Made by a program: the position numbers and the translations under genes. DNA of 63,851 nt, counting the filler, from Asterionella formosa (lineage: Eukaryota), in assembly GCA_002256025.1 (NCBI GenBank). It is 9 parts of 9 records of this genome, joined end to end, with 100 filler letters (N's around TTAATTAATTAA, not from the genome) between each part and the next. Parts side by side here need not be neighbours in the genome. Positions count along the whole stretch, not along the records: positions 21,350 to 28,361 come from NKIB01012549.1; positions 28,462 to 35,463 come from NKIB01012550.1; positions 35,564 to 42,568 come from NKIB01012551.1; 6 more parts are not named here. One strand, written 5' to 3'. Numbering within the stretch: the first letter of the stretch is position 1; every line of letters begins with the position of its first letter. Of this stretch, positions 24,346 through 35,578 are shown one piece after another. Under the pieces are notes generated by a model that saw only the letters and a list, made by a program, of their open reading frames with translations, made no database searches and was not told where the DNA came from.

Positions 24346-25157
24346 GAAATTCGATGATTTCTGGTGGATGATACTAATATACCGGGTACTGGTACCTTTT
24401 ACGAGGTACAGGTGCCACCATCAAGGGGCATACATAAATGTATACATACTGGTCTTTCTCCGACTAATCAGAGTTGATTTTTCAACCCAAAAGGGAATAC
24501 AAAATCAACCGTCAGTGCAACCGGGTTGATTTTTTCTTTGTTGTACAGTACTGTATTTTCTCGTGATCAAGTACGGAAAAATACCGTCAAGGTATTTACC
24601 ATCCGCAGTGGAACGATACTTGAGGCCTACAGAAAAATACAACTTGGGTTGATTTTTACAAGTAATACGGTAGTATACCAGAGCAAAAGATCCCATCTGC
24701 CGACGACAAGTGCCCCTTGTGATACATACCGGTAGGCTCAATACCGGTAAATGGTCCAAGTTGAATCTAGTGTATTTATATGTACCTGTATATTTACTCC
24801 TTGATGTATGAGCGTAAAAAGCATTGCTGAAGGGCCTTTCTTCATTATTTTACTTACTTGGCGGCGTCGTGGTCATGAATCTTTGATGAGAACACCGAAT
24901 CGAATCTTCTAGATTCCTTGTGCACCATTTAAAGACTACATAGGCTAAATTTATATTTTGTGGAGTACCGGTATCCCATGACAGAGTAACCTGACAGGAA
25001 TATATATAGCAGCTGCTAATATAATATACAAATACTTATACGGCATATTTGTCACACAAGCACCCCTCCACTCGTTATCCAGCCCATACATACATACATA
25101 CATACCGTACACAGGGAGTTGTAGGTGCCGTGATAGACGCAGAAGGAGCGAGTACAT

Positions 25158-25282
25158 TAGAAATTCGTCTCTGTCGGAGGTTCTGGACACAGATGATAAT
25201 TATATTGGGGTTTGTTCCTTTACTAGAAATTCGTCTCTGTCGGATGTTCTGGATAATATAGGGGTTTGTTTCTTTACTAGAT
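25158..25282 (+). repeat. Degenerate tandem duplication (unit about 60 bp)
   Basis: TAGAAATTCGTCTCTGTCGGA.GTTCTGGA...GGGGTTTGTT.CTTTACTAGA occurs twice. Confidence 0.8.
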
Positions 25283-25987
25283 ATACAAATCGGTTTAAAT
25301 ATATTACTTTGTAACGGAAATGGAATTGGTATCCAACAAGACTGGACTATATGACGTAACGTACTCAAATCATCCGCCGGCATAGTCAGCCACTCTTCAA
25401 TATTTTACTGACAAGGTTGCTATACGTAAATGACTATGTTACACACATTCAAACCTCAGCTTCATCATGAATCTTCGACCATTTCTACTCATTTTTTTTA
25501 CTGTAGATCTCAATACTAGTCAGGCCAGAGTCTCACGCTGAATGAACTGGTGTTGCCAGCTGTCGACGTGAAACTTCTTAGCGATGTTTTATGCCTCCTG
25601 ACACATTAGTACACTCTGTTAGCTCGTCAAATGTTGCCACAGTGTGATGACATGTCGCACTAGGGAGAGTGGCTTTCCACCTGACTGAAAAGTAAGGCAA
25701 TCTCATAAACTTGTGGCTCACAATAAAATTTATCGAACTTCGAAAGTAAAAGTAAGTGCAATAAACAAGGATCCAGAATTGTCGATAGGTATCTGGCTTC
25801 TCATGGCTGGAAAACAATTGCACGATCACGTGCTGTAGAATCGGGTGAACAGCATTAGAAGCTGCGACGAGCTCGTCTGCATTGCAGAATTCAGTCAACA
25901 CTACATCGATTAGTCGCTTTCTATCGATTCGCCAACGACTACTGACATCATCACTCTTTGCGACTAAACTCTTTTCAGGTAACAATC

Positions 25988-26269
25988 ATGTTCAAGTTCG
26001 TTGTTGTCATTCTTGCTTTAGTCGCTTCCGTCTCGATGGGAGCCACTCCTACCCCTGTCGGAAGCTCGGCCCCTCTAATTGCACCCAACATGCCGCCTGT
26101 ACAGGACACACTCCCTCCCGTCGTCCCCACCGTCCCTGAACCTTCCCCTCAGATGGCCCCAGAACCAACCGCCGCACCAACAAAGAAGACATCTGCTGCG
26201 CCTGTTGATACGCATGTAGTTCAGATCGCCTTTTTGTTGATATCCTCCATGGTTGTGATGATGTGGTAA
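25988..26269 (+). CDS. Small secreted Pro/Ala/Thr/Ser-rich protein, predicted GPI anchor (93 aa)
   Basis: Signal peptide MFKFVVVILALVASVSMG and a P/A/T-rich core. An SAA omega-like site and spacer lead to a hydrophobic C-terminus with no cytosolic tail. Confidence 0.75.
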   Translation: MFKFVVVILALVASVSMGATPTPVGSSAPLIAPNMPPVQDTLPPVVPTVPEPSPQMAPEPTAAPTKKTSAAPVDTHVVQIAFLLISSMVVMMW

Positions 26270-29207
26270 TCAAATGCCGAGTCGGTCGACGGAGTGGCTT
26301 AAGGTTATAAGAATATATGTCAATAGTTTAATGTCCTTTTCGTCAGACAGTCTAACTAAGTTTTGCGGTTTTTCACTGTTACGATTTAAATGAGTCTCCC
26401 ATGAATAGGCTCAAGCTAGAAAGAACCTTTCCGTCTAATCATTTAACAGATATCACGGGGCGTAAATTTTCATCGAATGTTATTTATACTTGCATGTTTC
26501 TTATGTACTGAATAATGTATGTTAAAAAGTATCCAGTGTCTGCAAAGATTTTGTTAATTTCTGCATAAGATGCTCCATACATGCGCCGTACGAACCATAC
26601 CGGCGCAGCCACCAGATTACGGTAGGTACATGCGTGAGTGCTAACAACGATGTACTCGAAACAGCAATAGAATACAGTCATAATATTGTAGTTCACCTTT
26701 ATTCACGACAAGGTTCCCCTCAAGAACAAATATGGAGGCAAATGCCGTACATATAAATACTCCTGAAGGCAATACACGCCCGAGGTGGTCTCATGCCTGC
26801 GAGTACACAGGTGTACGAGAAGGCAAGTAGCCGCCGAGAAGGGTATTGTTGAGGCAATTCCCGCTCTAGCTATCGTCGCGTCATTCGCTTACCTACTGCC
26901 CACAAATTTAGCATAAATGTCAATTTTAGCCTACTATTGCCCATCATATAAAATATATTTTGTATATTTCCTATCTTCACCTCGAAAATTGCCAAAGGTC
27001 CGATATTGCCCATCATTAAAATATATTTTGTATATTTCATATGATCGCATTTTGGCAAGACAACAGACGCCAATTGCCCCTCGGTTTTCCAGCCCTGGGA
27101 TTGCCGAAATCGGCAAGGGGTCTACTTAAGGAAACCATTTATATACTATACAGATTCTAATAATTTATATCTAGAATTCACCTCGTTTTTGTTCGTCTCC
27201 TGAAAAGTGGACTCCGGCAATTCACCTTTCACCATGCTAATCGTCGTCCATCATGACCTGTTTGAAGCGAAATCAGTTCTGCGATGACGCCAGTAGCGAT
27301 TCTTTGCCTAACGGATGCGGTTGATTGTTGGATTGCTTGTCTTCTCGAGGTATTCATGTAGTCGCATCGTCCATTTTTCGTCGGACGCACGATGATATCG
27401 ATACATCTGATGTTGGTGGCAAGTTTTTGCTCTGGTCATGTATGTAATGATGCTTAACAGATATTCTACCGGTACCGGCAGTCATCTAGTCTACATACGT
27501 ACGTTGTACTAAAAACAACCAGGCATGGTTTAAGCTACCGGTATGCTTTAACGCTTACTTTGAACACGTAATAATATTATCTCTGTAGACTCGGTATTAT
27601 TTTTACGAGACCTGAAATGTTGAATTATATCGTTCATATATTCATTGATTTTACGTACCGTATGCCCGATTTCGTCCTCACAAATATAGTTCTCACTCTA
27701 TCTTGCCTGCCTTTGCTCTATTCGGGCTTGCAATAGGCAAAGTTCGTCTTTCTTTTATCCCATCGTCTGCTGCTTGTAATGCTAGTTGAAGCGGATCGGT
27801 GAGTACAACAGTGAAATACTGAATGTGGATTGTAGATTGTATTTATCGACTTTCCGATTTGATTGCTTCCGTGGTTTGTTTTGATCGCTTCCATCGCTGT
27901 TTGTCGTTACGCACTGTCGTTTTGTTTCGATTGTAAATATCTACATAAGAACCAATGCATTTATCAATGACTACTGATTGAAGATGTGGTATTGTGCCGT
28001 TGTTGATCGTATTTGTTGATTTGTATAGTCGTTGACAATGATGTCAATATTGCCGCCAAGCAATGCTTTTCTTGTACTAACGCGCTTTGCTACATTTCTA
28101 CTACGAGTTTGTATCAGAAGCTACATGAATACTCAGCTAGAGAGAGTCAATAGTGCTGGAGCAGCGTGGCGATCACGCTTGCTCAGAATGGAATGATCAG
28201 GGTTGCTTGTTTGGTGGGCAGCGGAGAGGAATGACTGTGGCGGAAATACTGCTACTGGTGTCAGGCTACTACAGCGATGCGCATGGTTGCAGAAACAAGA
28301 CCATTTATGCCACATAACGATGCAGGTCAAGATTGTATTCAGCTTTTCCCTTCTTCTTTCGNNNNNNNNNNNNNNNNNNNNNNNNNNNNNNNNNNNNNNN
28401 NNNNNTTAATTAATTAANNNNNNNNNNNNNNNNNNNNNNNNNNNNNNNNNNNNNNNNNNNNAGTGATAAAAGTTGTCACATCTGCATAATCTTGTTCTGT
28501 TAATTTTCCACCCTGACAATTTAAAAATATTAGGTTGTTGTGTCACATACCGGTCGTTACAAACTTTTCAATGGACGTTTGGTCAGGAATGAGAAACGCT
28601 TGAAGTGTCTCTTTTTGAAGGGTCTTCTTTTCATTAATGACATTGCCACCTCCAACATGGCAAGAGGCACAGTTCCCTAAGCGAAAATGCTAATCAATTG
28701 TAGAATTGGCACATATGCATTTGTCAAAGCTCCTGAGTGAGATTTGGATCTTGTTCTACATTCTATTAATTGTAGAATAAATATATCTAATTCCTTTACC
28801 TCTAATTGATCTTAATTTATTTTTTTCATCCAAGTCGACTTTTTTACTTTTGACAAGACCATTAGAACACGTTGTTCCTTGCTCACCTGAACTTGATAGC
28901 CTGATAGATGATTTTTTGCAAGAAATGATACAATGATGCAATTGAATGGTGTCACCACACACAGCACACATACCAGTTGTCATCAATGTAGAATTGTATG
29001 CATCATCAACTTTGGCTACTTCAATTGCTTCAGTGATGGTTCCAAATTTAGTTTGTGAAGTATGATCCTTGTATGCAGAATTTTTAGCTGTCAATTCAAA
29101 TTCAACTGTAAGTTTGATGACACTTTTTGCCTTCACTGCAGGCATCTCAGTAGCTGATGGTCAAGATGTCAAACCTTGATTAGAAATTTGCAATGCTAGA
29201 TACTAGG

Positions 29208-31385
29208 CTAGTAGTCGAAATTTGTTGTCAGATGCTGCTCAATGTTTGTTATGGTAGTAATCATTTTCGAATTCAAACTGAATAAGGAATCATCTACACC
29301 TTGCAGAATCATTGTTGATGTTTTGTTTGTCTTCAAAATGAGGGCTTCAATGTGCTTAACAACTAGCTTGATTTTTGAAAATCGTTTGCTTTGTGGTTGA
29401 GTGAAATTGAAGCGCCATTGGTTTTTGACTTTCGCTTCTAGCTGAAAAATGCCGCCCTGGAAACACCCTAGATTAATATTGTGATCAAAGAAGTGTCAAA
29501 GAAGTGTGTACAAAACCATTCATGCCAAATCGACAGACAGCTCAAATGATTCTTATAGAGTTCATACCTTCGACATCCATTTTCATTTTTCTCCATGTGA
29601 ATGGCCCTGACAGATGTTGAAACACTTTGATCATTCAAAGATCTTTTACTTTGTATTGACAATGAGGACTGTGCAGAGGATGACAAATCGAAGGATGACA
29701 AATGATTCAAAAGAGACTGTAGTAAGTGTTGTGGTCAAACTAAGCCATCAACTCTGTCGTTCAACTGTGAAAAGTTTGCTCTCATTTCAGAATGCAAATT
29801 TGTAAATCGATCTCTGACACCAGGCAGGTAAAATAGAGTTTATTCTAAGATCCACTGGATCCTGAACCAAATTCAGATGATGAGTCATATTCTTTGAAAA
29901 TTCTTTGTTAAACACATCAATGTGAACAAAAAATGACCCCGAACATTCAATATCATTGTTCCTGCATCTTGCAGAATGACGACACGGACGCAAGAGAACA
30001 AATTAAGAAAAGCATAGGCGGTAGAATTGGTAGCTGCATCAATAGATTCAATTTCTTTTTCAATAGATGGAAAGATTGTTTATTGCAGGGTCATTGATGG
30101 TTTGAAATGATCTCGTGGCAAAAAACACTTCCTTTTTCATCCATCAGCCATAACACACATGGCTTTAATTGGCAGTTTAGCTGAATAAACATCACGTCGA
30201 GTATCCACACTCCGATTTGCAAGGTCATTGATGATATAGCCATCCAGTTCATCCAATTCTGCTTTGACTGAACCAGCCAATCGACCAAAATGCACGAAAT
30301 GTTTTGAAATAATGCCAAGGTGTCTGCAAGCATTCTTCATGTTACTCACATATGCCTGATCAATTACTGAAATAGTGTTGTCGAAGCCCCGAGAATCTGT
30401 CAACAGCTTAATATTGAACCAGGCTTTGTTTGAATTAAAATCAAATGATTCTGTTTCTCCACTTTGCATAAAGCTTGCCATTAAATAAAATCCAAGAGCA
30501 CCAATAGCACACTCATTGACATTACGATGTCGAATACAACTTCCATAAAGAGTCTTAACCCATTTGTTTTCCCAGTAGCAATGCGCATCACATGAATTAA
30601 AATATCCTCTAGACTATTTTTATCCTTGTGTAACAAGGAACAAAGATCACTAAGTTCGCACTTAAAGAGTGATTCACCTCTTAAGATCCCATTTGTTGTC
30701 ATCAAAAGACAATATCGATCACGTAAAGATGCCACTGAATAAATGGATGATAACGAATTTTTTTGAAAGAAAAAATCTTCAAGTCTTGGTATATCTTGAG
30801 CAGCAGTGTATGGCGTGAATTCACTTGTCAATTTTTCATCGAAATTGCTTTTCGCAATTTGTGTCTTTCTCATTTTTACTGTCTTCAGCAATCTTTTGAC
30901 ACGGCCAGACATTAGTACTTCCTTGGGTATGTTGTTGCATCCTCCATCCCGTTATTGTGCATGCAAATCTAGGATGGCTGATCGATATTGATTGAGTACA
31001 CTATATCCTCTTGACTATGTTTATCCTTGTGTAGCAAGGACTATTTTTATCCTTGTGTAACAAGGAACAAAGATCGCTAAGCTCGCACGTAAAGAGTGAT
31101 TTGCCTCTTAAGATCCCATTTCTTGTCATCAAATGACAATCTTGATCACGTAAAGATACCTCTGAATGAATGGATGATAACGAATTTTTTGAAAGAAAAA
31201 ACTTCAAGTCTTGGGATATCTTGAGCATCAGTGTATGGCGTGAGATCACTTGTCAATTTTTCATCAAAATTGCTTTTTGCAATTTGTGTCTTCCTCATTT
31301 TTACTGTCTTCAACAATCTTTTGACACAGCCAGAAATTAGTAATTCCTTGGGTATGCTGTTGCATCCTCCATCCCATTGCTGTGC
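29208..31385 (-). mobile_element. Degenerate CryptonF-type element (NDC10-II-like tyrosine-recombinase domain plus GCR1_C domain) with an internal tandem duplication
   Basis: LRDRYCLLMTTNGILRGESLFKCELSDL, GKTNG, RHRNVNECAIGALGFYL, WFNIKLL, KHFVHFGR, DVYSAKLP and RVVILQDA. The C-terminus reads YELYKNHLSCLSIWHEWF / GGIFQLEAKVKNQWRFNF...KRFSKIK, split by an 11-bp duplication (CACTTCTTTGA x2). About 30615-30965 is duplicated at about 31041-31385. Confidence 0.8.
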
Positions 31386-32109
31386 ATGTTAATACCGGTT
31401 TTATTCGTCCGTACGGTACAATAGGACCTGCCTTTTCACATTATGTACGCTGTTATATGGCTAGCATAACACTTTTTTGCCAAGTTTTACACAAACACTA
31501 TGCACAGTTGGGGAATTCATGGAAATGGCATCAACACAACCTAAACAGAAGAAGAACCAGGCAAAGAGAGCAACAAGAGAAAAGAGAAGAAAAAGTTCAA
31601 CAACTTTTCACTACAGAGAGCGCTATTACAGTGCCAGCAGCACAAAGAATAAAAGAATAGCGATATGCTTAACATTAACATAACATTAACAATAATAAAG
31701 AACAAGACAGAGAAATTAAGACATCACTGATGAAGAAATTGCGCCAGAGCTGGATGTGCTGCTCAAAGCAATAATTTTAGTGATAACAAAGACAATGAAG
31801 ACAAAGACAAAAACAATGAGTTGGAAGCCCTGGAATCACCAATTGTTATGGAGACTTCAAATTGAATCACCAGAAAAAGGGCCAAACGGGAAATCTTTAA
31901 AACCAATCCACACTCACCATCCCGTTCTCCGGCTGACATGAGAAGTGCAGTCATGGAGAACTGAACCAAGAGCAACACTACCAAAAAAATTTAAACTACT
32001 TCAACACGAGGGAGTGACTACCAACCGCCCCACCTTGCTCATATGGGCGGGCCATGGAGCGCTATGACGGCAACTCTAGAAGTAGAATAGTAAGAATGCG
32101 CTATAAATT

Positions 32110-32115
<6 letters not shown>

Positions 32116-32150
<35 letters not shown>
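32116..32150. repeat. (TA)n microsatellite
   Basis: About 17 TA units. Confidence 0.95.
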
Positions 32151-32151
<1 letters not shown>

Positions 32152-32344
32152 TATATATACATACATATGGTTAGCATAGACTAATGGGGCGAGCATTTAG
32201 AGGATTAGCATATGAATCTCAAATCTGAGAGACATATGAAGACCAAAACATGATGTACCAGGCCAGGCATATGTGTTTACGCTGCCTGCCCTTAACCTGA
32301 CTAGAACGGAAAAACCGGCATACTATATTTCGATTCTAAATTTA

Positions 32345-33530
32345 AACACTAATTTCCTCTAACTGACGGTTTGTGCATTTCCCGACACTTTTGTGCAAAA
32401 ATTGTATTCTTTCAAAACCTTGGCTCTGGAAGGTGTAATGGAAGGCGTCCTTTGTCGGTTTTTTAAAACATTTAATGTTCTTGGCCATGGAAAGTCAGAC
32501 TTTAGATATGATAATTTCCTTATAAGAACATTTGGAGACAGCTTGAATTGTAGAATCATCATCCCAGATGATTGTAGAGTAGATAACACTGTATTTACTA
32601 GTAATGGCATCAACCATAATTTCCACACCCACATCTGGTTCCATTGCCTTCGAACTTCCAGTTACGTGATTCTTGGAGCAAACATGATGCTTGATAGGTT
32701 TCATGTACTGTGTAGCCCTGTTGCAGACATTACAGACCTTTGATTTTACTCGATAGTCTAGCATCTTTCTCGTGTAGCCACCAATACAGAATGTAAGTCC
32801 ACTTACGGAGTAATACTTATTCCCACTGGATCGCTGCTGCCAGCCCATATTATAAGCAACGGTGAGTCTTGGCATATTCAGTACAGACATCCGTTCTGTA
32901 ACAGGCCAGGTAGATTATTCATACACTAGATCGTTCTTTTCAGCCCAATCGCCTTGTTCACTCACCATAGCAAGAACTGTGGTTGCTACTTCCGCCTCAC
33001 CAACTTTCTCTTCTACAGCAGTGAAATCATCTTGGGTTGACCAAAATCCAACTGCAAGAGGTAAGTTCATTGCAGAATAAACGATATCGTCACCAGGTCC
33101 TAAAGCATCTTCGTGACAACCAAGAATAAACTGCTGGTTGATTGCAAAGTGTTTTGCTTCTACTTTCCTTATCTCACCATGGTCGTCATCTTCGTCGTTG
33201 TTGCTTATTGCAGATTCGAGTTTGCTTAGCAACCTGTTTCTGGCAGGTCAAACATGTTACTTTGACGGCGCTTGCCAACCCGTAGTTCTCCGATGGCACA
33301 ACAATCCACGGTTGCATTGCTGATTTTTCTAACAAGGCATGTTCCAAGAAAAAATCGCATTTCTCTGCCATTGTAATTTGGTGGTAGATGTGATTGTTTT
33401 GGGAGGACAGGTTTTTTGATTGCAGGACACCACCAATTCTGATTTTCGTCTTTGACTATATTCTGATGTCCATGACCACCAACTCCAATTTCTGCTAAAA
33501 GACGGCCAACGCACACTGGAACACGGCATG
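32345..33530 (-). mobile_element. Degenerate DDE transposase of the Kolobok/Mutator-like (Phantom) type, 3'-truncated
   Basis: VAYNMGWQQRSSG..Y.SVSG..F.IGGYTRKMLD...KSKVCNVC...HVCSKNHVTGSSKAMEP...IIWDDDST. N-terminal GLASAVKVTCLTC and FAINQQFILG blocks. Multiple frameshifts. Confidence 0.75.
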
Positions 33531-33701
33531 TTGCTGTTGTTGTCTATGTTGCTTGTTGTTATTACTGATGTGTTAAATTTTTAAATAATAGCACAACATT
33601 AACAAAATAATAAAGAAAACAAGAAAAATACATGCCACCTCACTTCTAGATGATGAGTATGAAACAACATACGTAGTACTAGTTGTATTGAAGTAAATAT
33701 T

Positions 33702-34268
33702 CTATTGAAATGAATGAAAATAAATTAAAAAAAACGAATCACTACTAGATTCAGAACTTTTAGAAACAGGTTTGAAGCCAGTGCACTCTTCGTTTCTTTC
33801 CTTGCTTTTCAATAGGGATCGAACCCCCTTCAAATAACAGTCAGGAAGTCCCACCATACAAATACCTTTTCCCAATGGTCCACAGTAAACTCTGATTAAA
33901 AACTTGTAGGGAAGATTGCGGGCTCTTGACGCCGTAATCTCATCATCCTTCAATTTGCTGAGAATGTTATCCACTTCCAAGAAATTTTCCACCAACTCTT
34001 CGACTTCATCCCATCAGCACTAATATTCAGGGCAACCAAAATCACAGCATTTGCAGAAGATGCGACTCTCACATCCCTCCACATCCGACTTTACAATCAA
34101 CTGGTCTTGAAAAGTTGGACAAGTATCATGAATGAAATTGAATGGGTCATCTCCCTTGTTGTCACGGTGATGTGATTTTTCGCTCATGGTTGATTGTTGC
34201 GTTTTTTTGTTTTTACCAGTATAGTCATCAACGATATTTGCCATGCTGCCAGGTTGATGCTCTGACAT
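33702..34268 (-). pseudogene. Small Cys-rich accessory ORF resembling the P2X7 C-terminal ballast / KolX domain
   Basis: One frame with two stops: FCKCCDFGCPEY*C*WDE...RARNLPYKFLIRVYCGPLGKGICMVGLPDCYLKGVRSLL...CTGFK. This fits R..AY..F.....G.LG.G.R..LP.C....IR...Y.GF. Confidence 0.6.
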
Positions 34269-35578
34269 ACCGGTATATATATGTCGATTGTATTATAGGG
34301 TGCATATACATTGAGAATGTTTATATATATATATATTTATTAATTTTGAAAAGGAATCTATGTACATACGCATATATTTCCACTGATTTAAATATTTCAA
34401 ATGGAATCACATAATTCAGAAATAGCTAATACAATTCAATTCAAAAATAGCTAATACAATTCTTAATTCCAGGGAATTTCGGCAACCCTAAACAATATTT
34501 TAATTTTTGCTTAGGGTTTCAAATGCAGCACTACCAATCATCAAACATACCTTTTTGATGTTGAGAACACAATATATTATGTATTGACACATACATGGAT
34601 TGATTGGACTGATTTACTAATATTTTGCATCTATACTAGACCTGATATCTGCTTTTGGTCATAACAAGAGCATCTACTATGTCAAGAATATAGCATCAGT
34701 GGCTATAATGAGTCATGAGGACTCTGGATTCTAATATTGTCCAATGAGTCAAATGCCGCATTCCCAGCCAGCCATGTCAAGAAGTTTGCTTGCTAACGAG
34801 ATTGATGTTTTAGATCAATCAGAAGAAGGTGGACATCAACAAAAAGGGAACACGAAGAACAAGTTCTCAAAGTGTGATGAATTGGATTGAAACTTAGTTT
34901 TAGTTTAAGCTTATAATTAAGGTTCCTGCATTTGAACTCCTAGCTCGAGGTTGGGTTAAAAAGTAATATTGAGTCAGAATACTCAAACACGTACTTTTCA
35001 CGTACGAAAAACTGTGAGAATTGACTGAGTAATAAGGTCAATAGCGAAAACTAGCACGAAGGCTATCTTAGCCAGCAAAAGATGACAGTACTAATAATAC
35101 AACAGACAGACCTACATGATGAGGATGCCCATCAAACAGCAGTACCGGTATTTTGGTTTGTACAAGGTACAAGGTACCTGGTTACCTGGTACCAGGTACC
35201 AGGTACATGTTCGCACGATCCTGGCTGAGGTGAGGTCAGCATTTGGAGCATCACCAAACGAGGGATACTTACTGCACCGCAACATTTTGACCACTTGGTT
35301 CATTGAGTGATGGTTTACCCCATTTTCATGCCGATGTTTATTCGAACTAATGAGCGCAACAACGTTAAGCAGAACAGAAAACGACACAATCAGAAAGCAA
35401 GATGTTAAATCGAAAGAGACCTAGAGCTCTAGAAGAGAGATCTATAGAATATGCCTCCCCAAANNNNNNNNNNNNNNNNNNNNNNNNNNNNNNNNNNNNN
35501 NNNNNNNTTAATTAATTAANNNNNNNNNNNNNNNNNNNNNNNNNNNNNNNNNNNNNNNNNNNNTCTCACTTTAGTATC

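Noticed and set aside
22228..34532. Single composite island of CryptonS, CryptonF and Kolobok-like genes
   Set aside because: A linker at 28362-28461 separates CryptonS from the others. The remaining adjacency is explained by TE nesting.
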